DNA of 63,278 nt, filler included, from Choristocarpus tenellus KU-1152 (taxonomy: Eukaryota; Protista; Phaeophyceae): the NCBI GenBank assembly GCA_964200185.2. It is 9 parts of 9 records of this genome, joined end to end, with 100 filler letters (N's around TTAATTAATTAA, not from the genome) between each part and the next. Parts side by side here need not be neighbours in the genome. Positions count along the whole stretch, not along the records: positions 35,861 to 40,775 come from CAXNAD020012547.1; positions 40,876 to 43,440 come from CAXNAD020026730.1; positions 43,541 to 51,950 come from CAXNAD020004745.1; positions 52,051 to 63,278 come from CAXNAD020002442.1; 5 more parts are not named here. One strand, given 5' to 3'. The position numbers were made by a program, and so were the translations under genes. The notes beneath the pieces were generated by a model. That model worked only from the letters and a program-made list of their open reading frames with translations, ran no database searches and was not told the origin of the DNA. Of this stretch, positions 38,683 to 52,230 are shown piece after piece. Each line of letters starts with the position of its first letter. Position 1 is the first letter of the stretch.

Positions 38683-41203
38683 GTGAGTCCAGTGAAAAGT
38701 GTGTGTCCAGGTCAATCAGTGGCTGGCCTCTCCATGCTTACTTAAAGAGGAATGGACAGAAAGGGGGCATACCCCCACATATTAGGTTGAAAGGGGGTAC
38801 AAAATGGTTTGAAAGGGAATTGACTCATTTTCTGAATGGAAGGAAGGAGCAGTATGAGTATGATGTGGAGCAATATGCAGTTACTGCCCCTCTGGTTTGG
38901 AATGCAGAAGTATTCTCAATACCATATAATTTTCGGAACAGATACCCTTCTCTCTTGAGTGAACCAAAACAGTACCCCTTTCTGGTCTGACCACAAAGGA
39001 CGCCTCCTATCAAACATACTTGATGTGTGTCTAAACCGTAGAACCCCTCCCTCACTATCCAAAGTTGCTTTGGTATCCCATAGGCAGACAGCTTGACGGC
39101 ACAATAGTCAAACATTGGTATGGTTTGGGGCTTTGTTAATGTGAAAATCAAATCAACAGTCCAAGGTCGTTGAGAGCTGACCCGATAAAGTCAAGGAAAA
39201 AATGCAGCGACACCATTGTCCATGTGAGTTTTTCTTATCTTAATTATAATCATCATCACTCTACAACAACCAATGCTCCTATTTTTATCCCCATCTTTTC
39301 CAAAACAATGTTTTACCCTCACCAGAATATCATACAAGAGTGGGCTAACCAGGTATGGAGGTTGTTGTATAGTTTTTTTCTCATCGCCCAAAATAAAATA
39401 AATACAGACCTGTAGCTTTTAATCTGCTCACACATCGCTTCCAACGAAAGAATGTTCAATAGAGTTTCAAGGCGACAATGGGATCTGCCTCCCAAGGAGT
39501 AGGAGTCAAAGAACATTCAAGAACAGCCTAGCACATACTTCCAACTCTTGTGCCACTTCCGTCCAGAAATGCAGGCGTATAGCCCCTTTGAAACACTGCT
39601 CTTTCGCCTATGATCTTGAGCATTGACCTCTGCCCCGACCCAACACTTTAGTCATTTTTTAAAATGAAATTTGACAAGGCTATTGAGGGTTCCCATCCAA
39701 GGTTTTTTTTGGGGGGGGGATTTCTCTTGTATGCTCTTTCCCCACTACTTAGTGCACTACTTTTGTCAGATACTTTTGTCGTATCTGACAGCGGTCCTCA
39801 AGTCTTTGTCAGATACTTTTGCGTATCTGACAGCAGTCCGTCCTCAAGTCCATTCTTCCTTCGTGAAAGACTGAAGGATACCTGCCTGAATATTCGTAGA
39901 TACTTTTCTTTTTTTTTAGTTTCAAAATTATGGTTTTGGGGGTGCAGCGTGATGTTTTGAGCATGAATAGTAGGTTCCTTGATTCATGATTGCTTGATAT
40001 ACTCATTGGGATTGCAAGTATGAGATGTGAGACGGGTACATTTTGTATTTAGGTTGGAATGGTTGGGAAGGAGGTTTGAGTAGTGTAAGTTAGGGTTAGG
40101 GTGCAGTGCGATACTGGGACAGTAGGTTTCCTGACACGTGATTCATAGGGTAACGCATATATGCAGCAAATTTTTGTGTGGGTGTGAAATGTGATGGCAA
40201 CATCTAGTTTCGGGTGAAAAGCATTGTTGTGTTGGAGAAAAGAGTCTGAGCAATGTGAAATTGGGGTGGGTGGATGCGCAGGGTGGTTGGTGCTGGAGTA
40301 GGGACAGGAGCTTCCCTTTGACTCGGGAGGTGCACTCGGGAGGTGGGTGGTGCGAATATTTAGTTTTTTAGGGACATTGTACTTTGATTTTTTTTTTATC
40401 AAACGCTATCAACTCTGATTTCGCTGCAGAATTAGTATACCTCAATCTGGTATAATTTTACTGTTTTTACAGCTCTTTAAAAAAAAAAAATCTGGAACTC
40501 TATTTCGGTCGATTAGAAAAATCCTGACCCTTCTAACTCTGAAGAAAATACTTCCTTCAGGGTCAGATATTCCTCAATCTGACTCAGATATTCCTAAGGA
40601 TTCTGTGAAGTTAGGGTTAGAGCAGAAAGGGCAGTGTGTTAAATTATGAAAGGGCCCCAAGTATTGTGGATTGAGGGTGGAGAGTCAGTGTGATGTGTTG
40701 AAGTTTGGACAGTAGTCACACCTGACACATAAGGGAAGTGTGGGAAGTGTGTAGTGGGGTAAGCTTCTGGGGGGGNNNNNNNNNNNNNNNNNNNNNNNNN
40801 NNNNNNNNNNNNNNNNNNNTTAATTAATTAANNNNNNNNNNNNNNNNNNNNNNNNNNNNNNNNNNNNNNNNNNNNAAGCACACATGAGGGTACGGGTTTT
40901 GCCCTGTTTGTCCATTATTTGGGGCTTGGCTTCCCATGGGTTCTTTTATGGCATTTTCCTACTCCAAAATGTTTAGGAGTAGGTAAAGTGTTTATGTTAT
41001 GAAAAGGTGTGTCTGGAACATGGATATTGACACTTCCTAACAAACACGATAGCCAAAATTACATCAAAATCGCAACATTGGATTTTGGCCCCCAAATAAT
41101 GGATGCGGCTCTACCCTCTAAGATACTTTGACTCAAGTAGTCATTGCGATAACAAAGTGAGCATTTCAACTCATGATGTATGACTGGATCTTTTATATTC
41201 CAT

Positions 41204-41440
41204 TGTGACGCAGATGGAAACAAGCCGACAGGTTCTTCGTAATGAAGGGTGGCGGGAAGACCCACAGGAGGTAAGATCAAAGAGAGACAAGTCAAAAGGG
41301 GAGAGCAATCCCCCAGAATATCACTCAGGAAAAGAGTGTTCCAGTGGTAACTGAAAGAGGGGGGCTTTGGTAAGGTCACTCCAAACCACCCGATCTTACT
41401 TCAAGCAGATGTTCCCTTCAACATGCAAAAACAAATGTCA
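41204..41440 (+). repeat. Second copy of the LTR-like dispersed repeat
   Basis: Collinear with 19521-19730. Confidence 0.65.
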
Positions 41441-42160
41441 CACGAATATCATAATGTTCAAGATGGGTCACCTTCAGGGTATACCTTCTGTGAAAGATGG
41501 CTCTCACACTATCCCCCTGAATTATCATCAGTTTCACCCACACAAAGAACCTCGCGAAGGTACCCGTTCAATCCATCCACACGTCTTAGCCACTACAACA
41601 AGACCAAGTTCACCTGTATCACATTCTTTTTTCGAGTTTGAAAACGACCCGATAAATCTGGTTATTGCGTCCAGTAGTTTTATATAAAATATCATATCAT
41701 ATCATGATTTGATATGGTATTTGGTATATATCGTTTTGCCAATATCCCACACCAAATGGTGTATTTCAATATTCGAATTGAACCGAATTGAACTGTCCAT
41801 ATAGGCAGTGGCGCCGTTGAAGGCCACCTAGGTCGAGTAGTGGCGCGTGGCAACTTGTTGAGGCAAAGTTTCCAAACTTTCCAAACTTTCCATAGGTCTC
41901 AATCAGGCAGATCCGAAGTCATGAACAATAATAGTGAAATGTGTAGAGTTGCGGTTGGTGAAATATTTTGAAGAATATGTACTTCTCCTGTGACCTCCAA
42001 CACATTCCATTATAAGTAGTCACAACAGCAGTGGTAGCACGTCTTAAATCGTGATCAAAATATTTATCGAAACAACAGAACATTTCTTAGTTATTGGGAT
42101 ATTTCGATTGAACTAGCTAAAGTCGATTCAACTAAATAACGCGATTCACAACAATATAAT

Positions 42161-42630
42161 CAGTAGAAAGTTTTGTGGATGAGCTGGCTACACACGAAAG
42201 TATGGGGGAGAGGGGGGGAAGATTACAGCAGGAAAGGGGTTGTCAAATCCTGTTTACGACAGATAGTGTCTGTCACTACACAAGTGACTCTCAAGACGTG
42301 TCATGCGTTTTAAGCTGTAGACACCAGAGAGAGAGATGAGCAAGGAGGACCCTATCAGATACCTGGGATGCATCCCTAGCGCCTCGCCCAGTTGTGTAGG
42401 GCTAAGCTAGGTTAGAGGCATAGGAGCAGTGCACACATCACACTGTGATTACGAGGTTTTATGAGATTGTTATAGTATCGTGTAAACTCAAATAGTAAAT
42501 AGATTTTGGAGAGATAACTTTCACATTTACAACAATTACGTTTACAAAGGTCCTTACGATATTGGTTTGACTTTTTCGCTGACACATGTACAAAATATCA
42601 GACAATGCAATAAATGTATATAATTAGTAG
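42161..42630 (+). mobile_element. 5'-truncated copy of the RLE-type non-LTR element
   Basis: Collinear with 36250-36690 (AGAAAGTTTT.TGGAT.AGCT..., GTGTCATG.GTTTTAAGCTG.AGACACCAG, AAATAGTAAAT, CTTTCACATT). Confidence 0.75.
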
Positions 42631-42986
42631 TGGTATAGTGAATGATGTGATGGAGTGAACATCTATTAGTGTGTCATTGAAGAGGTCGTTTTTATTGAAA
42701 TGAATCTAGAGATCGCCATCATCAGTATATGCTTGTTCTATTAATGTATAATTTGTTGTTTTAGAGCTCTTCTTTGTTGAATATTTTATTTTTTTAGGTG
42801 TTGTATGTTTTGTTGTTTTATAGGTCTTTGTTGAATATTTGTTTTGATCACGAATTCTGGATTATTATTATTTTATTCTACATTTGTATTCCTCCCTATT
42901 CCCTTTTCTCCCCACATTCTAACAACCCTTGTGATCAACCCAGTCAGTGCGACCTCTTCGCCACTGATTTCCAGTCACCCCCGGCT

Positions 42987-43150
42987 CAAAGTATCTGGGA
43001 GGGGGTGGCGGCTGTCCATTTGGGTTCAATTTTTGTATGTCGCGATTTTNNNNNNNNNNCATACGTCAGATAGATACTGTAAATGCACTTTTCCTGATTT
43101 GGTCCAAAGGGACACCCTGGTGTAGACCCCCCCCCCTCCCAGATACTTTG
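42987..43150. mobile_element. MITE family 1, both TIRs present (10-N gap inside)
   Basis: CAAAGTATCTGGGAGGGGG ... CCCCCTCCCAGATACTTTG perfect inverted termini. Confidence 0.75.
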
Positions 43151-43154
43151 GGTC

Positions 43155-43372
43155 CCCCACATCTGATGACCAACCAGGGCGAACCCCCTTCATCCCTGAT
43201 TTCCAGTCACCCCTACATCTGAGGACCAACCAGGGCGAACCCCCTTCATCCCTGATTTCGAGTCACCCCTACATCTGAGGACCAACCAGGGCAAACCCCC
43301 TTCGCTGCTGATTTTTCTTCATCCCCCACATCCGATGACCAACCAGGGCGATCCCTTCACCACTGATTTACG
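43155..43372. repeat. 56-bp minisatellite, 4 copies, plus a degenerate unit left of the MITE
   Basis: ACATC(T/C)GA.GACCAACCAGGGC at 43159, 43215, 43271, 43328. Confidence 0.9.
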
Positions 43373-46097
43373 GTCTCTACCACCCCTTTCACCCTATTCA
43401 ACCCCACTCAACCCCACCCCACTTACCACTCCATCACACCNNNNNNNNNNNNNNNNNNNNNNNNNNNNNNNNNNNNNNNNNNNNTTAATTAATTAANNNN
43501 NNNNNNNNNNNNNNNNNNNNNNNNNNNNNNNNNNNNNNNNGTACTTTTTCCGAAGCATTTTCGGTCAAAACCATCCTCAATAGTACGCTCCATCCTCAAT
43601 TTTTAAAATCCACTGTTATGTCAGAAAAATCCCTTAAAAAGTCACATTGTCGTCAATATGAAAGACATTAATATGAATTGTGTGATTCTGTGCCGACATG
43701 GTTCACTCAGGCGAGGGTGTTGAAGAGAATCAGCGGGCAAGATGAATCAGAAAAACAAAGACGAACCATAACCAAGAGTGTGAGGTTATGGTTGGACAAG
43801 TTCAAGACTGAAAGGAGTTGGAGGAAAATTGTGGAGTGATGAGAATGTTACGAGAGGGGGGATCGTCCTGAAAGTCAAGACGTGACAACAAAGAGGATCT
43901 TTGATGTGTGACATCTCTCGTTGGTTGAAGAGATATCCACTACTACTTGTTGTGGGACTGATCTCTTGAAAGATTCCGCACCTCAAATATTCGTAAGACC
44001 CTCCACTCACTGGAATGGGGAATTCCTGGCAAGGAAACCTCAATCGGTATAACGGTATAATAACAGACAAACATGCCTTCCACATTAATCTATGTACTAT
44101 TTTACTACCAGCTATGCTGCACCACTGCCTTCCTGTCTGTGTCTCCGTCCTATCTTAATCCTGGACCGTACCATTGCTGTATACTATCGTCATTATTACA
44201 TACCTATTATCACATGGTCATCACATTGGGGTGAGGAATACCACACCCATCGAAAAAATAACCCAAACAAGCATCAGAGTATACGGATGCTTTCTACTAT
44301 GATGTTTTTTTTTCTTTTTTTTCTTTTCGTCTTTGTTTTAAGATTATCTTACACTTCTGTTTTTGGAAAGACAATAGTAAAGAAACGAGAAAAAAGACCA
44401 AAAAAGAAAAATAAACCAGTGGAAAAGAAAGAAAAAAGAGAAAAAAGAGAAGAAAAAAAGAAGAAAGGAAAGGAAAGGAGGAATATAAACCACACAAGGA
44501 AAACACCATCACCCAAATAAACTAATAATGGGAAGAGAAGAAAGGAAAGGGATTGAGCAAGAGAAGAAGCTGACAGAGAAAACAGGACTTAAGAAAAAGT
44601 GGTATGTAAAGTAGAGCCAAATTAACCGAGAGGTAGGCAGTTAAGAATCCTGAGAAATGGTTAAAATGTGTCATTTATTGTACACCATTATGCACATAAA
44701 AGAAAGAATGGAATAGGGTGTATTGCATAGGGTAAAAAAGATGCCTTAGAATAGAATGCAAAACAGCCTAAACCTGCCCACCTCTCAATTACTTCTTGAT
44801 TCTGATGGTGGTGGTGGTGGTGGTGGTGACTTGGGCAAACTAAGGTGGTCCTTTGGTTTGACATGTATTAGTTATCACATCTTCCTTGGAATGTCATTCT
44901 ACGATGAACCTCATTGTGTCGTTAGCCACACACTGCTGTACCTTGCACAATACGGGCTGAGCTGTCAAATTCAGCACCCTCCCTTTCACAAGATAATGGT
45001 GTATTCAAAGCTATCGTGGATCGGACGGTGAGATTTGAGGTGTATACCTACTGGGGCTGAGCAATGGTGCTGCAGTCCCAGCCAGGTAAGTGCTCCAATA
45101 ATAATGCTCATTAATCCTGGCGTTTTTAGGCTGGGCATGAAGCTTTGCAAGGATGTGGCTACATTCTGGTTGCTACGTGGTTCCAAGGACAAAAACAATT
45201 CATTTTGGACAGGGAGGGTGCCTGACTTGATCCCCTAAGCGGCAAGGCATGTCCACAACCGACCCTCAGCAAGGTAAAGATTACGACCCAATTTCCTCCT
45301 TGCCTGACCATGTTCAGCTAGGCATTCGTAGTGTGAAGGTTTCTCATCAGCTCATGCAAGATAACTAGGCGAGCAATCTGTTCAGGCTGCATGAAAGGAT
45401 AAGAGCGACATTCGCCATGTGGTATAAGTTATGTTGCTCTTATGCTTTCTTCGGTATGTATCAGACGATAGAAAGCTAGCATCAGTCCGTGTCTTCAGGT
45501 CGCCTACACTGCTGTGCCTCGAACTGTTGGACTTGGTGGATTCCTCTCCAAGCAATGCTGTGAGCAAAAGAAAACGCTGATTTTATTCCACCTCAAATAT
45601 GTACAAATATAGAAATTCCAATTTTTGGAAAATTCCACTCTCTGTCTGATCGTCAAGAGAGAGTAGTTTAATCTGGGTTGAAAAATTCTCGTTGTTTTCA
45701 AGTACAGAGCAACTACTGCAGACTGCTATTACGTCTCTTTGCATTTCCTCTTGTTTATCTTTGCCACGAACAAGAGGAAAATAGAGTACGTTCTTACAGA
45801 GAGAGGGATCGTATCAAACACAAGATACTTCAAGCCCAGAGTCGCTCATTGAAACGTAGATTGAGATTTCCTAGAAATTGAATTGTTTGGAATGTTGTTC
45901 TGGGAGATGGAACCGAAATGAAACTTTCTTATGCACATCATAGTTTAGTACTTATAAACTGGTTATTGAAATGAGGCCCAGTCTAGCGCCGTTTCGTGCA
46001 CATACGCATGCTCTATTATTGTTGTTTAAAGTCTGGTATAGAGCACCATATTGTTGTGTTAGTGTACCTGCCACACTCTGTTGTTGACTTGACTGTA

Positions 46098-46551
46098 TCA
46101 GAATAAATGCAGTGAACATTCTTGTAGATGCCAAACAGCCAACAGAACACTGCGTCCCTATTCCCCCAAAACCCAACAATTAAGAAATGAACACAACTAT
46201 CATCACTCTGACAAGATGGTTCTTCACTGTTCTCACATTATGTATCTTTAAGTCCCTTTGAGTTCATTCTGGAGGTAAGGGACAAACACATCACCACAAC
46301 ACCTCAGGTCAATAGTGACCAAATATCATTGGAACCGTTTCAAAACGTTTTGTAATCTTTAATATAGAGAAAGTATAGTGGATGAAGATATTTTTGAGAA
46401 GTAGAACAGGTCATTTCGTCTCTCAACCCTAATTTTCGAGAAAGATGATAATTGTGTTCATTTGTATGGTATTGAGTTTTTCGCGGAATAGGAACACAAT
46501 ATTCTGTTGACCGTTTGGCATCTACGAGAATCTCCATCACATTTATTCTGA
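46098..46551. repeat. Diverged long inverted repeat (~115-bp arms, ~220-bp spacer)
   Basis: 46098-46214 matches the reverse complement of 46433-46551 (TCAGAATAAATG...ATTCT.GTAGATGCCAAAC...CAACAGAA...CCTATTCC...AAATGAACACAA.TATCATC). Confidence 0.75.
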
Positions 46552-48014
46552 CACACCATGACATAATACGTGATGGTAACAACAGAGTGGTGCAGGTGTA
46601 GTAGGACAACAACAGAAGGTACTTGGAGACTTTTAAAAAACAATACAGCGCGCGCAAACGCACGACAAGACCCTACAACAGATCTCATTTCAACGTCCCG
46701 ACCAGTGATAACGATAGTACGCATGGCATACTTCCGTTTCAGCTCCGTCTCGCAAAAACCTTAACAGCCAAAAAAATCTATTTCTACGAAATCTCACTCT
46801 GGGTTCAATGAGCAATTCTGGGCTCAAAATATACCATGTTATCAGTGCATCCATCCGTCTTGCCTGGGGTGACCTCGCTGTATGCATGCCTGATCGTAAA
46901 ACGCAACGTCTATCCTTGGAGTGTAGCCAACAAGGTACATAAGCACGTAAATGAAAATATAGTGTGATTTCCTATCTTCTGTCGTACACATAATTCTACT
47001 GTTGATCTTATTCAGCCAGTGACCGTGTGCTCAATCCCTGTTCACCCTCTCACCTTCATCATCACCTTAAGCATCATATGTCGTATGACCTCTTCTCTCT
47101 TGCGTTTTGGATATGCTTGATTATTACTGTGAGTGGGAGGCAGGGTTGGAATATAAACAGGACTGCTTCGCTGAGCTATTTCAAGAAGATATATTTGGCT
47201 ACAGGCCTGCTCCAATTCCAAAGTCTACAAAAGGGAAACCTCATGAAGCGCTCTTTTATATAAGCATGATGAGAGACCTCATACTCAAGGCCACCAGTAG
47301 GCACCCCGTACTTGATCCAACGATGTGCTCAAAGCAATACGATAACCTAGTTTCTACACACTACATACCTTGTGTGTGCCGTGTGGATTCATCACCAAAA
47401 CCTTTTGTTTACTTGTGTTATTCATGTAATAGAGATGTCTCTCCCTCTATTCTTTGTCTCTCGCTCACTCTTCATCATGCTGTCGCCTTCTTCCTTCAAC
47501 CAAGTCCTACCAACATTGAGTGCATCTTGCACCATATGTTTGCATGTTCCTATATGCACAGAGAGGACATCAAGGCTGATCAAGACGCCATACATAGCCA
47601 CTGCAAGTTACCTTCCCCTTACGGCCAACAAGACCACGGAGGATACTACATCTCACCTCTCCCTCTCTCTCTCTCTACATACACGAGAGTAAACACATAA
47701 CAATAATACTTCGAGGTATTATTGATGGAACCAAAGACGTCAAATTACCCACATCTTACCGTTGTTGTTGTAGAAGTAAAGAGTGTAATCACTGAGCACA
47801 CTTGGATGTACCATATTGAATAGCGGCAAGTGTACCTGCATGGGGTGATGATAGTCGGTGAGTCATAGCACATCATTCGTAGTAGCGACCAAGGACATGA
47901 ATGGTTAGATTCTTCAGGTTCCACACCCCTCTTGACTGTATAGGGAATGTTTGCATCCATGTGTGTATGTATGTGTAGCATGTTTCTATTATTTTTACTT
48001 GCCGCAGCATTGCC

Positions 48015-48240
48015 AGTATCATCAGAAGAAGAGAGTACCGTGCGCCATCTACACCTATACATTGAAAACATTTAAGAGAAAGTGTCATTCAAAAAATCAA
48101 TGTAACTAGTAAGGTCAAAATTCTCATTGCCTATACTACCAGAAGAAGAATATCATGCACCCGCCTACACCTCAAAAGCCCTTACTCAATAGTCAAGAGA
48201 ACTTGTCAACAAAAAAATAACGTAACTAGAAAGGACAAAA
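48015..48240. repeat. Diverged ~120-bp tandem duplication
   Basis: CAGAAGAAGA...CTACACCT...AAGAGAA..TGTCA...GTAACTAG.AAGG.CAAAA occurs twice. Confidence 0.6.
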
Positions 48241-49141
48241 TACCCCAGCGCTTATTTAAGCACACCACCATGAATTAAAAAAATACATCACTATGTGTTT
48301 TACACAAGTAAACCCTATGGTGAATTCATCCATTTGGTCCATGCGCAAAACCATACACTACGCTAATTGTATCAAACATACAAAGAGAGTTCCAATTCAT
48401 GTGTGTCTAGCTACTGATTCTGTATGGGTCATGTACAAAACCATTCCCCACTTGAAAGAAATATGAACAGACATAGGCTAGAGAAAAATAAAGAAAATAG
48501 ACAGGCCATAGGAGCCTAAACCTAGATCTACAGTGTGGCCATGCCTGCTGCATTGCAGTATTCATTTCCCTTCTAACTTTATTAAAGTATAATCAGATTG
48601 TGCCAGCAGAAGCCAAGCATAGATATTGCCATCCTATGTCTCAAGTCACCATCCTGCCTGTGCCTGCCAGACTAATGAATTCCTATTTTGCTTGCATGAG
48701 TCAGACAAAATAGTCCAACAGTTGAATTGAGCACATCCAAATAAACAAATAGAAACAGATAACAATTTCATTCAGCATGCCATGCAATGCGGCCAATGTA
48801 GGTACACCAGGTCGAATCAGCAACCTGGTCACCACCTGGTTGAGATGTTCAGGTTGGTCAGGTGCACTTGCCCATTTCACTTCAGCATTTACACTATTTC
48901 TGATGCGGTTCCATTGCCTTTCTTCATCGAGGTGTTAGCAAACAGGAGTAGGTTGACCGACCTAAAGCTCTTATCAAGACCTTTCTACAGCCATGTCAAA
49001 GCTGGCAACGAATCATCAACTCGAACAGCTGTATGACATTTCTGTTCAAGCTAACCCCTGTTGACAGAGGAGTCCTCTCAGACAATGAAGGTAAGAGCAC
49101 CTGCCTGAGCAAATACCCTGTTCCCTCCAAATTAAACCATT

Positions 49142-51147
49142 TTAGAACTCTGAACGAAAGGTGCTCCTCCTGACTCTGGGGCTACCAATCCTGCCTGGAC
49201 CCCGGTCTTCACAGGATGCGACATGCCCATTGCCATCTTCAGAGATTTTGGCCCCATCCGCAATAGTCGACAATTGGGTTGTGGAAAAAGGTGCTGTGCC
49301 ATCATCCTGGTCCTGGACTTGTGGGTTTACATCTACCGATGATTTATCAAGGGCTCCCTCACACATCGCCCCAACCGCGTTGCCCTGAGCAACTGCACTA
49401 CCTGTGGCCTCAAGACTCTTGTCACCAGGAGCCGGCACCAATTTCCCACCCCCTACCTCCTCAGGGCAGTGAACAATCTTGTCTGCGGTCACCTCCTCCG
49501 TTGCCACCTCCACAGTTCCTGCCTCCCCCCTAGCAGATGCTTCTTCTGTCTTCACTTCCTCTCCCTCTGGCGTCCAATCCTGGGGACTCCCGTCCTCCGC
49601 AATGGCACCACCCTGGGCACCACCATCACAATGATTAGTCTTCCCCAACTCAAACTCTGGCTCCACCTCTGGCACTTCACTCTCTCTTCTCACTGGTAGC
49701 GCATCACAAACAGAACCCATCGCCCCAACAGCTTCGCTCTGGCCGTCCTCCTTTCCTACTGCCGTGTCTGCCCCTGCCACACAGTCTGCTTCGATCTCAG
49801 ACGGCACCTTACCATTAGCAACACCATTGCCTTCTACGTGACCACCACCAGTGCTCTGGACACCCCCCCCTTCACCATCTGGACCTCTACCCTCGTCGCC
49901 ATTTGTGGACCTAACATCATCGCCGCCCTTGCCAACTCCGCTTTCATTCCTAGGGGGTGCGATGTCTGTCTTCTCATCAGACACTTGCTTGTTAACCCCA
50001 CGGACTGTCTCACTAGCGGTATCACTGTCGCTAGCGAAATCGCCTCCCTCCCCCGAAACTTTGCTGGTATACACCATCCAGTCACCCTCTTCCTCACTGA
50101 TGGCACCCCCATCAGTAATCCTCTGGAGGTCTTCTTTCTCCTTCTTAAGCTTCGCCTCCTCTATGGAAACCTCCTATACAGACGGAAGTACGAATCGATA
50201 TTGGACGTGGGGGGGGGGGTGGGGGTGCAACAGTGGTTTTGACATGAAGTGAAAGTAAAGAGAAGGCAAGGTACAGAGTAAGGGCGAAAAACTGTTCAAA
50301 CAAGTTTCAAATCTATGACACTCAATATAACACAGCTGTGGAGGAAGTCATGCTGCACGATCAGATCTTCCACTACTGAAATGCAATACTACAGCACATC
50401 ATAGGACAAGACAATCAAGAACAGTGCCTTCTCACACAAGCAAACTGTCCTTCCATTGCACACGTTATCTTTTCCTATATTGCACAAGCACACCAGAGTA
50501 GATACTGGCTGCACTACTCTGGCACTTTCAAGTGTCAGGTCTTTGGGAGGGGGGCCCTTGCTCTACAGGTCAGACCATTCCGCTGCTATGATCAACACCC
50601 ACAAGTGGATGGACTCCCAGGTACAACATCAAGTTACTCGACCAACCTGACTCTTGAATACACAACAAGATCAAACTCAAATATCTACTAAAAAACGGCT
50701 TAGGTCGATAAAATTTTCACAAACGAACAAACAATATATAGATAAAAAGGGTTACTTCATATTCATTTTGTAAAAAAACATCACCATTCCAAAAAGTCAG
50801 AACGAGGCTCTTAACAAACAAACCCTTCTGCACACACAGTGTTACTACTAACTTCATATTTACTATGCATTTGGTTTAGTCGTGCCATCACCATGCAACA
50901 TACCAACAATACAAGCATCAATGAGTCTGATCCCTCACCAACCTTACATACACCACCAGATAAAAGCTTGGTCCTGACCATCTCTATCTGTGCACTCCTC
51001 CACACACGGGCAACACATTCACATAGCAAAATGCAGCTAACACATCAACTTGCAACCTCAGGAACATACCTCAAGCCTCGCTCGTGTAACAACGCGGAGG
51101 TTCTCATCGAGCTTGTTGCGTTGTTTTGACACCTCCTTCTGCCATGC
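49142..51147 (-). CDS. Internal exons of an unidentified protein (short coiled coil followed by a long acidic G/E/D-rich low-complexity region)
   Basis: Exon 51070-51147 (AWQKEVSKQRNKLDENLRVVTRARLE) splices in phase to a large exon starting at 50173 (EVSIEEAKLKKEKKDLQR...), open to 49142. Confidence 0.65.
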
Positions 51148-52064
51148 CTGCAAAACAGAGGCATTAAATGCACAAGAACATGTTGCTGTTACAAATCAGA
51201 TGGACATGTTCTCTTCAGGGAAGGGAGGGGGGACAGGGATGGAATGAGTCAAAAAGGTGGTTGACAGGGGGAAAATTGAACAAGATATATATAGTATGTA
51301 TGTAGTGTATGGCACCTTGGACAAGGACTCAACAGGGAGTCATTTCCCTGGATGGTAGACTAGATGAATGCCTTGCCCTGGCAACCTTCAAGTCCTGTCA
51401 CAGAGCATCTGCGGCAGTGCTTACCTCCAGAGAAAGTCACTCTATTTCAAGAAAATGCAGAGTGACAGTCAAACCACACTGTTCCTGTCCCAAACTCTTC
51501 CAAAAAATAGGCCAGACCGCTGCAGAAACGAAAAAATGTGCAACAACTCTAAACATAGCTGTATTGTGTCTATCGTTCAGATGGGCATGGGAGGGTTTAT
51601 GCCCGGAGTGTCTCTGTGACTTGGATACCTTCAACGATCCATTTCAGAGTGGATACATCAGTCTTCCTTTCTAAGTGTCCAATCACCTCCTGTTTGGTGT
51701 TTGGGACATCATACTCGTACCGATTTGCAGAGGGTGACTAGAACACGCTCCATCAGAGTTGCCCAAACTACGGAACATAATTCAGACAGAGACCACCTCC
51801 CCGGTGACCTACTGCCTATATCACAACCCTTCTCCTTCTTCTGCCCCCCCCCAAAAAATATATAAATATAAATAAATAAATAGAACTGTGGTAGAAAGGG
51901 GATGGGCTTCGCCCACAGATAAGGGGAGCTTATAAGTTCCAGACATCCAANNNNNNNNNNNNNNNNNNNNNNNNNNNNNNNNNNNNNNNNNNNNTTAATT
52001 AATTAANNNNNNNNNNNNNNNNNNNNNNNNNNNNNNNNNNNNNNNNNNNNGAGAAAAAAAAGGG

Positions 52065-52230
52065 GGGGGGAGGGGGGTGGTTTGTGGTGGGTCGTCCGTT
52101 TCGGTCAAACAATTCTTTTTTTTTTATGACATTTCAAATCCGACACGTGCTACCAAATCACACTAAAAACGTGTTACCGAAAAAGAGTGAAAAACGGACG
52201 CCGACACCCTCCTCCAGATACTTTGACCCA
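52065..52230. mobile_element. MITE family 1 copy
   Basis: Reverse-complement homolog of 31627-31800; ends CCAGATACTTTGACCCA. Confidence 0.7.

Noticed and set aside
43155-43372. 56-bp repeats as a CRISPR-like array
   Set aside because: The whole unit is repeated; variable parts are diverged copies, not unique spacers
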